Below, one piece after another: positions 9,253-19,992 of a stretch of DNA of 64,000 bases. How positions within the stretch are numbered: position 1 is the first letter of the stretch; the number at the start of each line of letters is the position of its first letter. The translations under genes were made by a program, and so were the position numbers. The stretch spans positions 128,001 through 192,000 of the forward strand of contig CAVQKE010000004.1 of assembly GCA_963713045.1 (NCBI GenBank). Reading direction: 5' to 3'. The DNA comes from an uncultured delta proteobacterium. GTDB taxonomy: Bacteria; Myxococcota; Myxococcia; Myxococcales; Myxococcaceae. The notes beneath the pieces are model-generated. The model was not told where the DNA came from. It saw nothing but the letters and a program-made list of their open reading frames with translations, and did no database searches.

Positions 9253-9371
9253 TTCCTGAAACCATCCTAACGAGGGGGCCTGCCGTGCTTCAACGGAGCG
9301 ACTGGACGACACTCCCCTCCATTGGGTGCCAAAGCTTGTCCCACCACAAGAAAGCGTCCGCCCCATCGCCC

Positions 9372-10655
9372 GTGCTTTCCGCGCTGGAGGAGTTTTTCAA
9401 GGCCTACGGCGGGCAAACCTTGCTGGCAGTGTCCGGCGGAGTGGATTCGCTGGCCCTGTTGACGGCGGCGGCAGAAGTCGCCCCGGGCCGCCTCGGCGTC
9501 GCTAGCCTGGACCACGGCCTTCGGCCCTCCGCGGAAACCGAAGTACTGGCAGTCCAGCGGCTAACACAAGCCCTCGGGCTTCCTTTCCACACCGCGCGCC
9601 TGGGTCTCAAGCCTGGCCCGGGAATGGAGGCCAGGGCCCGCCAGGCCCGCTACGCCGCGCTGGAGGCCATTCGGGCGCAAGGGGGCTACCGGTGGATTGC
9701 CACCGCCCATACCCTGGATGACCAGGCAGAAACGCTGCTGATGCGCCTGGCACGCGGCGCCGCGCTCCGTGGCGCGGGCAGCATTCGCGCGCGCCAGGGC
9801 CCCCTCGTCCGGCCGCTGCTGGCCGTGACACGGGCCGACGTCGAGCGACACGTCGCAGCACGGGGCCTGGTACCGGTGCGCGACCCCTCCAACGCTGACC
9901 CTTCGCTTTTCCGGGCGCGCATCCGCTTCGGCGCGCTTCCGGCCTTGGTGCAGGCGGCCGGCCCGGCCGCGCTGAAAAACCTGGCGCGCTTCGCAGCCCT
10001 TGCGGCCGAGGACGAGGCGTTGCTGGCCGAGCAGGCTGCGCTGGCGCTTGAGCGCTCGCGGGTGGAGGGAGGTCTGGACGCGGCGTCCCTCCGCAGCTTG
10101 CGCGGCCCGCTTCAGCGTCGGGCGCTGGTGGCCTGGCTGGCAGAGGGCGGCCTTGCCCCGAGCGCCGCCCTGGTTTCCCAGGTGCTGGCTGCTTTGCGGC
10201 GTGGTGGACATTGCGGCCTTCCGGGCCGTCGACTGTTCCGCAGCGAGGGGGGCTTGGCGCGGATTGCAGCCGAGGGACAGCGGCCGGGCGAGGTGATGCT
10301 CGAGGCAGGGGCCTGGGTCCTTTTCGGCGCCTTCCGCTTGCGCCTAGACTTGAACCCGACGCCCGGGCCGGGTGCGGCGTTCGCGTTGAGGCCAGAAGTG
10401 CTTTCCTTGAAGGTGCGCGGGCGACGGCCTGGCGACCGGGTGGAAGGGCGCCACGGCCAGAGAAGGGCTGTCCAAGACGTGTTTGTGGATGCGCGCATTC
10501 CGGCTGAGCAGCGAGACGCCTGGCCGTTGCTGGTCGGGGCTTCGGAGCGGGTGCTGTGGGTGGTCGGGCTGTGGCCCCCGGCACCACGCACCGGCGTCAA
10601 CGGCCCGTCGGTTCGCGCCGAACCCACGAGCGCTTCTCGACGCGAAGGGTTATAG
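9372..10655 (+). CDS. tilS: tRNA(Ile)-lysidine synthetase
   Basis: AVSGGVDS PP-loop, DHGLR, EARARQARY, TAHTLDDQAET, RPLL; directly upstream of ftsH; start uncertain. Confidence 0.92.
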   Translation: MLSALEEFFKAYGGQTLLAVSGGVDSLALLTAAAEVAPGRLGVASLDHGLRPSAETEVLAVQRLTQALGLPFHTARLGLKPGPGMEARARQARYAALEAIRAQGGYRWIATAHTLDDQAETLLMRLARGAALRGAGSIRARQGPLVRPLLAVTRADVERHVAARGLVPVRDPSNADPSLFRARIRFGALPALVQAAGPAALKNLARFAALAAEDEALLAEQAALALERSRVEGGLDAASLRSLRGPLQRRALVAWLAEGGLAPSAALVSQVLAALRRGGHCGLPGRRLFRSEGGLARIAAEGQRPGEVMLEAGAWVLFGAFRLRLDLNPTPGPGAAFALRPEVLSLKVRGRRPGDRVEGRHGQRRAVQDVFVDARIPAEQRDAWPLLVGASERVLWVVGLWPPAPRTGVNGPSVRAEPTSASRREGL

Positions 10656-10733
10656 GCTTGCGACAGGGGCGCTTGCGACGGGGCGGCGTAGGCCGCCAGA
10701 ATGCAGGGTGTAGACGCGAAAGGGCTTCGGGAC

Positions 10734-12647
10734 GTGCGATCGAGCTACAAGACCATCGGGCTGTGGGTAATCCTCATCGCCCTCTTCGTTTGCTTCTACA
10801 ACATCTTCTCGCGCCAGACGGAGGAGGTGGTGGAGCCGAGCTTCACCTCGCTCCTCAACAAGATTGACGAGAAGAAAGTCCGTTCGGTCTCCGTCAAGGG
10901 CAACACCTACCAGGGCACGTTCGAGGACACGCACGAGAAGTTCCGGACCACTGGGCCGGCCCCCGACGCGACGATGCTCAAGCAGCTCCGCGATGCGGGC
11001 GTCGACGTGAAGTACGAGAAGGAAGAGCAGAACAGCCTGTGGCTGACGATCCTCGGGCAATGGATGCCGGTGCTGTTTCTCTTCGTCTTCTTCGTCATCT
11101 TCATGCGCCAGCTGCAAGGGACCGGCGGCAAGGCGATGACCTTCGGGAAATCCAAGGCCAAGCTGCTCAGCGAGAGCCACAACAAAGTGACCTTCTCCGA
11201 CGTGGCTGGCATCGATGAATGTAAAGAGGAGCTCGAGGAGATTATTGCCTTCCTCAAGGACCCCAAGAAGTTCACCAAACTGGGCGGCCGCATTCCGAAG
11301 GGGGTCCTGATGATGGGACCGCCAGGGACCGGCAAGACATTGCTCGCCAAGGCGGTGGCTGGTGAAGCCGGGGTGCCCTTCTTCTCCATCAGCGGCTCGG
11401 ACTTCGTGGAGATGTTCGTCGGGGTGGGCGCGAGCCGCGTCCGAGACCTCTTCGAGCAGGGGAAGAAGAACGCTCCCTGCATCATTTTCATCGATGAGAT
11501 TGATGCGGTGGGCCGCCACCGCGGCGCCGGGCTCGGCGGAGGACACGACGAGCGCGAGCAGACGTTGAACCAGCTCCTGGTGGAAATGGACGGCTTCGAG
11601 TCGAACGAGGGAGTGATCCTCATTGCCGCCACCAACCGCCCCGACGTTCTCGACCCGGCGCTTCAGCGGCCCGGGCGCTTCGACCGCCGCATTGTCGTGC
11701 CGCGCCCCGACCTCAACGGCCGAATCGGCGTGCTCCTGGTGCACACCAAGCGCGTCCCGCTCTCGCCCGAAGTGGACTTGGAAATCATCGCTCGGGGCAC
11801 GCCGGGCATGACTGGCGCGGACCTGGAAAACCTCGTCAATGAGGCGGCCCTGTTTGCCGCCCGGCACAACAAGGACCGGGTGGAGGTCGCCGACTTCGAA
11901 AGCGCCAAGGACAAAGTCTTCATGGGCCCCGAGCGCAAGTCGATGATTATGACGGAGAAGGAGAAGCGCAACACCGCCGTCCACGAGGCGGGGCATGCGC
12001 TGGTGGCGAAGCTGCTGCCCGGCTGCGACCCGGTCCACAAAGTCACCATCATCCCGCGCGGACAGGCGTTGGGCGTCACCTGGTCGCTCCCCACCGAGGA
12101 CCGACTGAACCTCTACCGCCAGTCGACGCTGGACCGCATTTGCATGGCGATGGGCGGTCGCATCGCAGAGGAGCTGGTATTCAATGAAATCAGCTCCGGA
12201 GCGGCGAATGACATCGAGCGTGCCACCGAGACCGCTCGGGCGATGGTCTGCCGCTGGGGGATGAGCAGCAAGCTCGGGCCCTTGGCTTTCGGGGCCCGCG
12301 AGGGCGAGGTGTTCCTCGGTCGTGACCTCTACACGCGGCCCGACTACTCCGAGGAGACGGCTCGGCAGATTGACGCCGAGGTGCGCGAGATTGTGATGAG
12401 CTGTTACGAGCGGGCGAAGAAGCTGCTCCAGGAGAATTTCGACACGCTCAACCGCATCGCCGACGGACTCATCGAATACGAGACGTTGGAGGCAGAGGAC
12501 GTGGAGACGCTCGTCAAAGGTGGCACCATCACCCGAGATCGGCCCAAGCCGCGCGTCAACGCGCCCCCCAAGTTGGAGAAGAAGGACAAGCGGAAGATTC
12601 TCGACGCACTCGAACCGCTGCCGGCGCTCGAACCGAACAAGGCCTAG
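10734..12647 (+). CDS. ftsH: ATP-dependent zinc metalloprotease FtsH
   Basis: Two N-terminal TMs, [33 protein letters not shown] start ([10 protein letters not shown]). Confidence 0.97.
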   Translation: MRSSYKTIGLWVILIALFVCFYNIFSRQTEEVVEPSFTSLLNKIDEKKVRSVSVKGNTYQGTFEDTHEKFRTTGPAPDATMLKQLRDAGVDVKYEKEEQNSLWLTILGQWMPVLFLFVFFVIFMRQLQGTGGKAMTFGKSKAKLLSESHNKVTFSDVAGIDECKEELEEIIAFLKDPKKFTKLGGRIPKGVLMMGPPGTGKTLLAKAVAGEAGVPFFSISGSDFVEMFVGVGASRVRDLFEQGKKNAPCIIFIDEIDAVGRHRGAGLGGGHDEREQTLNQLLVEMDGFESNEGVILIAATNRPDVLDPALQRPGRFDRRIVVPRPDLNGRIGVLLVHTKRVPLSPEVDLEIIARGTPGMTGADLENLVNEAALFAARHNKDRVEVADFESAKDKVFMGPERKSMIMTEKEKRNTAVHEAGHALVAKLLPGCDPVHKVTIIPRGQALGVTWSLPTEDRLNLYRQSTLDRICMAMGGRIAEELVFNEISSGAANDIERATETARAMVCRWGMSSKLGPLAFGAREGEVFLGRDLYTRPDYSEETARQIDAEVREIVMSCYERAKKLLQENFDTLNRIADGLIEYETLEAEDVETLVKGGTITRDRPKPRVNAPPKLEKKDKRKILDALEPLPALEPNKA

Positions 12648-12719
12648 CGCCTGGCAACGTCAGCGCCTCTCGCTCGCCCCATTGCCCTGGACCCCTCGGC
12701 GGACCTCGACGCCGCGCTG

Positions 12720-13895
12720 GTGCGCCTGGGGCTTCCGACGCCGGCGCGGGAGTACCTCCTTGAGAAGCTGCCACAGGCGCAGCTGCTCCTGACGGGGCTC
12801 GGCCTCCAGGAGGGACGCTTTCTCAAACGCGCCTGCGAGCAGAGTGCCGCAGGTCAATACCCGCGCTTCCTCTCGGGCGACCAAGCCCAACGGCCGGGAA
12901 CAGCGCTCCTCTCAGGCGCTCGTGACCAGCTGGAGCGCCTCATCCGGGAGGCGCGCCAAACGGCAGAGCTCACCGCGTTGGCCGACGCGCTGGAGCGCGC
13001 CTTGGCCGTGGACCGCTTCCCGCCGGCCACGGTGTTGGCCGGGCGGCGTTTCCTGTGGGGCCAACGGACGTACCTGATGGGTGTCCTCAACGTCACCCCC
13101 GACAGCTTTTCAGACGGCGGCCACTTCGCGTCGGTGGAGGCGGCCGTCGCTCGCGGCCTCGAGCTTGCCGAAGCCGGCGCGGATTTGGTCGACGTGGGCG
13201 GAGAATCCACCCGACCCGGTGCGGCGGAGGTGCCGGCGGAAGAGGAGCTGCGGCGCGTCTTGCCCGTCATCGAGCGGCTTCGGGCGCTGAGCGACGTCCC
13301 GCTGTCCATCGACACCAGCAAGGCCGCCGTCGCCAAGGCGGCCCTGGCTGCCGGCGCGGTCCTGGTGAACGACGTCAGAGGCTTCACCGGGGATTCCGGT
13401 TTGCCGCCCATCACCGCCGCAGCCGGTGCCGCCGTCTGCCTGATGCACATGCAAGGGACGCCGCGCACCATGCAGGAAGCGCCGGACTACCAAGACGTGA
13501 TGGCTGAGGTCCTCCAGGCGTTGGCTGCCGCGGTGGCCTCGGCCGAGGCTGCGGGCATTCCCAGGGAGCGCATCTGGGTCGACCCGGGCATTGGCTTCGG
13601 AAAGACAGCCGCGCACAACCTTTTCCTGTTGCACCATGTTCGGGAGTTGCGGCTGCTCGGCTGCCCAGTCGTCCTGGGGACCAGCCGCAAGGCGTTTTTG
13701 GGCGCGCTGTCCGGTGGAAAGCCGCCCCAGCAGCGGCTTCCCGCAACGGTTGCGTCGCTGGCCGCGTCCGCGGTGGCCGCGGGGGTGGACGTGGTGCGGG
13801 TGCATGATTTGGCGGATGTCCGCGACGCACTGGCGGTGGTTGACGCCATCCGCCATGCCCGTGCCGGCGGCGCTTTGTGGGCAGTCGGCCGCTGA
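12720..13895 (+). CDS. folP: Dihydropteroate synthase with N-terminal extension
   Basis: MGVLNVTPDSFSDGG, GGESTRPG, SIDT, DPGIGFGK, SRK, RVHD; the frame is open back to ~12651, so the true start may be upstream. Confidence 0.93.
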   Translation: MRLGLPTPAREYLLEKLPQAQLLLTGLGLQEGRFLKRACEQSAAGQYPRFLSGDQAQRPGTALLSGARDQLERLIREARQTAELTALADALERALAVDRFPPATVLAGRRFLWGQRTYLMGVLNVTPDSFSDGGHFASVEAAVARGLELAEAGADLVDVGGESTRPGAAEVPAEEELRRVLPVIERLRALSDVPLSIDTSKAAVAKAALAAGAVLVNDVRGFTGDSGLPPITAAAGAAVCLMHMQGTPRTMQEAPDYQDVMAEVLQALAAAVASAEAAGIPRERIWVDPGIGFGKTAAHNLFLLHHVRELRLLGCPVVLGTSRKAFLGALSGGKPPQQRLPATVASLAASAVAAGVDVVRVHDLADVRDALAVVDAIRHARAGGALWAVGR

Positions 13896-13957
13896 AATGG
13901 ACGTGGGGCCCCCGCGCCTCGGGGCTGTGGCACACTTCGGGGTTGGAGGCGTCCGAC

Positions 13958-15850
13958 ATGGCCCTCGAACATCTGCTGAACGTTGGTGACAGCTTCCTCG
14001 CGCCCGAGTCGCTCCGCCGCTCGGCGGTCCCGGAGGACGTGGCAGCAGAGCGCGCCCGAAGCCTGACGGACCCCGACGCCTTCTGGGGTGCCTGGGCGAA
14101 GCGGTTCCGGTGGAGTGAGCCGTGGCGTCAGGTCTTTGACTGGCAGTTTCCAGACCACCGGTGGTTCGTCGGTGGAAAAACCAACGCCGTCGACAATGCC
14201 TTGGACCGCCATGCCGACGGCCCGCGGGGCCAGCACACGGCCCTCATCTGTCTTTCTGAGGACGGTGGGGAACGCCGAGTCAGCTACGCCGAGCTCCGCG
14301 ACATGGTGTCCCGGCTGGCCACTGGCCTGCGCGCGCTCGGCGTTGGGGTGGGTGACCGGGTGCTCATCTACATGCCCCTCACGCTGGAGGGGGTGGTGTC
14401 AATGCTGGCGGTGGCCCGGCTGGGGGCCATTCACTCGGTGGTCTACGCGGGCCTCGGTGTGGGCGCGCTTCGCGACCGAATTGTCGACGCCGGGGCAAAG
14501 GTCCTCATCGCCGGAGACGTTGGCTTCCGGCGCGGAAAGCCGGTGGAGCTTCAAGCGCTGGTGGACGAGGCGATGCGAGGCCTTGGCGTTCAGCGCGTTG
14601 TCTGGTTCCAGCGTCGCGCGGGCCCCGGGCGGCCGCTCAAGGCGAATGAAGTCGACTTCCAAAGCCTGGTGGCCGACCACCGGCCTGAAACGCCGCCGGT
14701 GCAAGTGGACGCCGAGCACCCCCTCTTCATCCTCTACACCTCTGGTTCGACCGGAAAACCCAAGGGCGTGGTGCACGTCCACGGCGGTTACATGGTGGGA
14801 ATCACCTACCACCTCCGGACTTTTTTTGACGTCCACGACGACGACATCTACTGGTCGACCAGCGACATCGGCTGGGTGGTGGGGCATTCCTACATTGTCT
14901 ACGCGCCCCTCTTGGAGGGGGTGACGGCAGTGCTGCGCGAGGGCTCGCTTGACTACCCGGACCCAGGGGTGACCTGGCGGGTGGTGGAGAAGCTCAGGGT
15001 GAATGTCATGTTCACCGCACCGACGGCCATTCGGATGTTTATGAAGTTTGGGGCCGAGCTCCCGGCGCAGGCCAACCTCGCCTCGCTTCGCCTCATCACC
15101 GTGGCCGGTGAGCCGCTCAACCCCGAGGCGTGGCGCTGGGCGTTTGAGCATTTGGTGGCCAACGGCACGCGCGGCTTCATCAGCGACAATTGGTGGCAGA
15201 CCGAGCTCGGCGGCCCGGCGCTTGGCACGCCCACCTCCTTGGCCGCAAAGCCGGGGAGCGTCGGCGTGGCCCTGCCTGGAGTGGATGCGGCGGTCATCGA
15301 CGCCGACGGCCAAGAGGTGCCCGCGGGCAAAGGGGGACTGCTCGCGCTGCGGCGTCCCTTCCCGCACATGATGCGGACGGTGTGGGGAGACCACGCCCGC
15401 TACAAGCAGTACTGGGAGGAGTTCCCCGGCCGGGTGTACGCCGCGGGAGACGTCGCCAGCTGGGACAAAGACGGCTACTTCACGGTGCTTGGCCGCAGCG
15501 ACGACGTGCTCAACGTCGCCGGCCATCGCATCGGCAGCGCAGACGTGGAAAGTGCGCTGGTGAGCCACCCGGCGGTGGCCGAGGCGGCCGTCATCGGGGT
15601 GCCGGACCCCATCAAAGGCGAGGCGATTTCGGCCTTCGTCATCCTGCGGGCAGGCCGCAAGGACAGCCCCGAGCTGCGCGCGCAGCTGGTGGAGCACGTT
15701 CGGCATGAATTGGGTCCCATCGCGACGCCCCAAGCCATCGAGGTGCGCGAGCGGCTACCCAAAACGCGGAGCGGAAAAATTATGCGGCGGCTGCTCCGCG
15801 CCGAGGCACTGGGACTCGAGAAGGGCGATACTTCCACCCTGGAGGAGTGA
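13958..15850 (+). CDS. acs: Acetyl-CoA synthetase (AMP-forming)
   Basis: [46 protein letters not shown] before ATG 13958. Confidence 0.92.
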   Translation: MALEHLLNVGDSFLAPESLRRSAVPEDVAAERARSLTDPDAFWGAWAKRFRWSEPWRQVFDWQFPDHRWFVGGKTNAVDNALDRHADGPRGQHTALICLSEDGGERRVSYAELRDMVSRLATGLRALGVGVGDRVLIYMPLTLEGVVSMLAVARLGAIHSVVYAGLGVGALRDRIVDAGAKVLIAGDVGFRRGKPVELQALVDEAMRGLGVQRVVWFQRRAGPGRPLKANEVDFQSLVADHRPETPPVQVDAEHPLFILYTSGSTGKPKGVVHVHGGYMVGITYHLRTFFDVHDDDIYWSTSDIGWVVGHSYIVYAPLLEGVTAVLREGSLDYPDPGVTWRVVEKLRVNVMFTAPTAIRMFMKFGAELPAQANLASLRLITVAGEPLNPEAWRWAFEHLVANGTRGFISDNWWQTELGGPALGTPTSLAAKPGSVGVALPGVDAAVIDADGQEVPAGKGGLLALRRPFPHMMRTVWGDHARYKQYWEEFPGRVYAAGDVASWDKDGYFTVLGRSDDVLNVAGHRIGSADVESALVSHPAVAEAAVIGVPDPIKGEAISAFVILRAGRKDSPELRAQLVEHVRHELGPIATPQAIEVRERLPKTRSGKIMRRLLRAEALGLEKGDTSTLEE

Positions 15851-17202
15851 TGGGCCGACGGCTGTTCGGGACGGATGGGGTGCGTGGCACGGCCAACGTG
15901 TGGCCGATGACGGCCGAGGTGGCAATGCAGCTCGGCCGGGCGCTGGCCTACCTCATCCGCAACGGCACCCACCGGAACCGCGTCGTCATCGGTAAGGACA
16001 CTCGTCTGTCGGGCTACATGCTGGAGCAGGCCCTGGCCGCTGGAATTACCTCGATGGGCGTGGACGTCGACTTGGTGGGGCCGCTGCCCACGCCCGGCAT
16101 CGCCAACATCACCACCTCAATGCGGGCCGAGGCAGGAGCCGTCATTTCGGCCTCACACAACCCCTACCAGGACAACGGCATCAAGTTCTTCTGGCGGGAC
16201 GGCTTCAAACTGCCCGACGACGCCGAGGCGCGCCTCGAAGAACTGATGGACAGCCAGCACGTCGAGCAGATTCGGCCCACCGCGGACAAGGTGGGGCGGG
16301 CCTTCCGGCTGGATGACGCCCGGGGCCGCTACATTGTCTTTCTCAAGAATACGTTTCCCCGTGAACTGACCCTGGAAGGCCTCACCATCGTCGTGGACTG
16401 CGCCAACGGTGCGGCGTACCGGACGGCGCCGGAGACCCTGCGCGAACTGGGAGCAACCGTCATCCCGTTGGGCTGCGAGCCGAACGGCCTCAACATCAAC
16501 GAGGGCTGCGGGGCGCTTTACCCCGACGCCGTGGCGCGCACGGTGGTCGAGCGAGGCGCGCACGTCGGCCTGGCGCTGGATGGAGACGGCGACCGTCTGG
16601 TGGTGGTGGACGAGCGCGGACAAGTCGTCGACGGCGACGCGGTGCTTGCGCTGTGCGCAGGACAGCTGGCCGAACGTGGCGCCCTTCCCACCAAGACGCT
16701 GGTGACGACGGTGATGTCCAGTCGTGGCCTGGACCGCGCGGTGGCCCAATGGGGGCTGAAAGTCGTTCGGACCCAGGTCGGCGACCGCTATGTGGTGGAG
16801 GAGATGCGCCGCGGGGGCCATGCCTTTGGCGGCGAGCAGTCCGGCCACCTGGTGTTTCTCGACTACGCCACCACCGGGGACGGGACCTTGGCCGCGCTCC
16901 AGGTGCTGGCCATGCTGTGCCGCAAAAGGCGTCCCTTCTCGGAGTTGACGAGGGTCTTTGAGCCGGTCCCACAGACGCTTTTGAGTTGCGGGGTCCGCGA
17001 GCGTCGGCCGCTGGAGCAGCTTCCGGAGGTGCAGCGCGCCATCCGGGGAGCCGAGGACAGCCTCGGTGAGGAGGGCCGGGTGCTGGTCCGCTTCTCCGGG
17101 ACCGAGGCCAAGGTCCGAATTCTGGTGGAGGGACCGGACCGCGAACGCAATGACGCGCATGCCAAGGAAATCGCTCACGCCCTCTCCACGGTGCTCGGCT
17201 AG
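15850..17202 (+). CDS. glmM: Phosphoglucosamine mutase
   Basis: [54 protein letters not shown]. Confidence 0.96.
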   Translation: MGRRLFGTDGVRGTANVWPMTAEVAMQLGRALAYLIRNGTHRNRVVIGKDTRLSGYMLEQALAAGITSMGVDVDLVGPLPTPGIANITTSMRAEAGAVISASHNPYQDNGIKFFWRDGFKLPDDAEARLEELMDSQHVEQIRPTADKVGRAFRLDDARGRYIVFLKNTFPRELTLEGLTIVVDCANGAAYRTAPETLRELGATVIPLGCEPNGLNINEGCGALYPDAVARTVVERGAHVGLALDGDGDRLVVVDERGQVVDGDAVLALCAGQLAERGALPTKTLVTTVMSSRGLDRAVAQWGLKVVRTQVGDRYVVEEMRRGGHAFGGEQSGHLVFLDYATTGDGTLAALQVLAMLCRKRRPFSELTRVFEPVPQTLLSCGVRERRPLEQLPEVQRAIRGAEDSLGEEGRVLVRFSGTEAKVRILVEGPDRERNDAHAKEIAHALSTVLG

Positions 17203-17211
17203 AAGGACCTC

Positions 17212-17934
17212 ATGGGACCGCGCCTCGGTGTCAACGTCGACCATGTGGCCACGCTGCGCCAGGCTCGGCGGGCCACCTACCCGGACCCCGTGACAGCCGC
17301 TGCCATCGCCGAGATGGCAGGCGCACACCAAATTACCATCCACCTTCGCGAGGACCGCCGCCACATCCAAGACAGGGACTTGCGCCTGCTGCGGGACACT
17401 TGCCAGACGGCGCTCAACCTCGAGATGGCCGCCACCCAGGAAATGGTGAAGGTGGCCTATGAAGTGAAGCCGGACTTGGTGACGCTGGTACCCGAGCGCC
17501 GCGAGGAGCTCACCACCGAGGGTGGGCTGGACGTGGCCTCCCAGCGGGAGTCGCTGGCGCAGCTGACCCGCCACCTACGGGATGGTGAGATTGAGGTCTC
17601 CCTCTTCATCGACCCCGAGTTGGACCAGATTCGCGCTGCGCACAAGGTGGACGCCGACCGGGTGGAGCTGCACACCGGACGCTATTGTGAGGCCCGCAAC
17701 GCTGGCGAGCGCCAGCGCGAGTTGGAGCGTCTGGTCGACGCGGCCAAAGCCGCCACCAAGTTGGGGATGGGTTGCGCTGCAGGCCACGGCCTCAACTATG
17801 AGAATGTTCAAGCGGTGGTGGCCATCCCCGAAATCGACGAGCTCAACATTGGTCACGCGATTGTCGCCAGGGCGGTGCTGGTGGGCCTGGACCGAGCAGT
17901 GCGAGACATGTTGAAGCTGATGCGGAGGACGTAG
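17212..17934 (+). CDS. pdxJ: Pyridoxine 5'-phosphate synthase
   Basis: [45 protein letters not shown]. Confidence 0.97.
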   Translation: MGPRLGVNVDHVATLRQARRATYPDPVTAAAIAEMAGAHQITIHLREDRRHIQDRDLRLLRDTCQTALNLEMAATQEMVKVAYEVKPDLVTLVPERREELTTEGGLDVASQRESLAQLTRHLRDGEIEVSLFIDPELDQIRAAHKVDADRVELHTGRYCEARNAGERQRELERLVDAAKAATKLGMGCAAGHGLNYENVQAVVAIPEIDELNIGHAIVARAVLVGLDRAVRDMLKLMRRT

Positions 17935-17983
17935 CCCCTGGGGGCATCCCCCGGGGGGAGTGGCTGGACGGGAGGGGACGCCG

Positions 17984-19495
17984 GTGAAGCCGTTGCTCAC
18001 TGCCGAGGAGATGCGCGGCCGCGAGGCTGAGGCGGAGCGAGCGGGCGTCTCGGCACGCGAATTGATGGAGCGAGCCGGGCGAGCGCTGGCCGACGAAGCG
18101 CTGCGTCTGGCCGCGCCGGAGGGGCGCTTCGCCGTCCTGTGCGGCCCCGGTAACAACGGGGGCGACGGGCTGGTGGCCGCCCGACACCTGGCGCTCGCCG
18201 GGCGGCAGGTGGCGGTGGTGCTGTTGGCTGAGCCGAGCGCCCTCAAGGCCGAAAGCCAGGCCAACCTCGAGGCCCTGACGGCGATGGGCGGCTCGCTGGC
18301 GGGAGGTCTTCAGGACTTCACGCCGAGGCGCGGCGACCTGGCGGTGGACGCACTGCTCGGCACGGGCCTCAACCGCGCGCCGGAAGGCGCGCTGGCGGAC
18401 GCCATTCACTCCTTGTGGAAGTGGCGCGCGGTGGGGGTGCGCGTGCTGGCCGCGGACATCCCCTCTGGGCTGGCCAGTGACACCGGAGTGCCGTTTCGAC
18501 CGGCCGTGCAAGCGGATGCGACGGTGGCCTTCGGCGCCCTCAAGGTGGGGGAAGCCCTCGAGCCCGGCGCCTCGCTGTGCGGCGACGTGTCGGTCGCCGA
18601 CATCGGCCTGGCGCCGGAGGATTCGCCCGTCATGCTGCTGGAGGAGGAGGACGCGCGAGGCTGGCTTCCGGAGCGCCGCCCGGACTCGCACAAGGGCACC
18701 TATGGACACCTCCTGGTCATTGCCGGCAGCCGAGGCAAAAGCGGCGCGGCGGCGCTGGCCGGGTTGGCCGCGCTGCGCAGCGGGGTGGGCCTGTGCACCG
18801 TGGCCACCCCCGACGATGCGCTGTCGGACGTCCTGACGCATGCGCCCGAGTTGATGGGCGTCGGCCTGGACGATGAGAAGCCTCTCGGCCCAATGCACCT
18901 CGAGCGGCTGTTGGAGGTGGCCGAGGGCAAGGACGTCCTTCTCTTGGGTCCCGGCATCGCGCGGGGGAAGAAGACGCACCAGCTGATTGCCGAGCTGTTG
19001 GAACGCTTCCCCGGTCCGGTGGTGCTCGACGCTGACGGGTTGAATGCCCTCAGCGGCCGGTTGGACGTGCTGCGCTCTGCCCAAGGACCGCTGGTGCTGA
19101 CTCCACACCCGGGGGAAATGGCCCGACTGTCTGGACTCTCGGTGGCCGAAATTCAGGCCGACCGGGTGACGGTGGCCCGCGACTTCGCGCGGGCCCACCG
19201 GGTGGTGCTTGTGCTGAAAGGGGCGCGGACGGTGGTGGCCCTCCCGGACGGGCGGGCGCGGGTGAACCCCACCGGCAACCCGGGCATGGCCACCGGCGGA
19301 GCAGGCGATGTCCTGTCCGGGGTGTGCGGGGCGCTTTTGGCGCAAGGCCTGGCGCCGGCCGATGCAGCCAGCGTGGCCGTTTATGCCCACGGCTTGGCCG
19401 GAGACTTGGAAGAGGAGTGGCGGGGGCAGCTCGGGCTGGTGGCCTCGGACCTCCTGTCTGGGCTGACGTCGGTGTGGGCACGATGGAACCGCTGA
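17984..19495 (+). CDS. nnr: Bifunctional NAD(P)HX epimerase/dehydratase (YjeF)
   Basis: LMERAG, GPGNNGGDG, DALLGTG, DIPSG, HKGTYG, DADGLN, TPHPGEM, GGAGDVLSG. Confidence 0.93.
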   Translation: MKPLLTAEEMRGREAEAERAGVSARELMERAGRALADEALRLAAPEGRFAVLCGPGNNGGDGLVAARHLALAGRQVAVVLLAEPSALKAESQANLEALTAMGGSLAGGLQDFTPRRGDLAVDALLGTGLNRAPEGALADAIHSLWKWRAVGVRVLAADIPSGLASDTGVPFRPAVQADATVAFGALKVGEALEPGASLCGDVSVADIGLAPEDSPVMLLEEEDARGWLPERRPDSHKGTYGHLLVIAGSRGKSGAAALAGLAALRSGVGLCTVATPDDALSDVLTHAPELMGVGLDDEKPLGPMHLERLLEVAEGKDVLLLGPGIARGKKTHQLIAELLERFPGPVVLDADGLNALSGRLDVLRSAQGPLVLTPHPGEMARLSGLSVAEIQADRVTVARDFARAHRVVLVLKGARTVVALPDGRARVNPTGNPGMATGGAGDVLSGVCGALLAQGLAPADAASVAVYAHGLAGDLEEEWRGQLGLVASDLLSGLTSVWARWNR

Positions 19496-19992
19496 CGGTT
19501 TCCATCACGACGCACACCGCCCAGAGGACCCGGCAGCTTGGAGAGGCGCTGGGGAGACTTCTTCAGCCTGGCGACTTCGTGGCCCTGTTGGGAGAGCTCG
19601 GCACGGGGAAGACAGAGTTTGCGCGCGGCTTGGCCGAGGGCTGTGGGGTAGCGCCGGAGGTTGTGGCCAGCCCAACCTTTGCCCTTCTCCATCTCTACCA
19701 AGGGCGCATCCCGCTGATACACGCCGACTTGTTTCGCTTGGCCTCCGAGGAGGACCTCTTTGGGACGGGCTATTATGAATTGCGGGATTCGGACTCGGCA
19801 GCCGTCGTCGTGGAATGGGCGGACCGCATTTCCACGGCGGTCCCTGAGGACGCGCTCCGGATTCACTTCACCTCGGGGCCGGCCGAGGGCGACCGCCGTC
19901 TCACCGCCACCGGCACCGGGGCGGTGTCCCGGCAGCGCCTTCGGGACTGGGCCAGGAGCGGCCCCCTGGCCCGGGTGAAAGACCGACGCTAG
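19483..19992 (+). CDS. tsaE: tRNA threonylcarbamoyladenosine biosynthesis ATPase
   Basis: GELGTGKT, SPTF, HADLFRL, VEW motifs; follows nnr. Confidence 0.92.
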   Translation: MEPLTVSITTHTAQRTRQLGEALGRLLQPGDFVALLGELGTGKTEFARGLAEGCGVAPEVVASPTFALLHLYQGRIPLIHADLFRLASEEDLFGTGYYELRDSDSAAVVVEWADRISTAVPEDALRIHFTSGPAEGDRRLTATGTGAVSRQRLRDWARSGPLARVKDRR

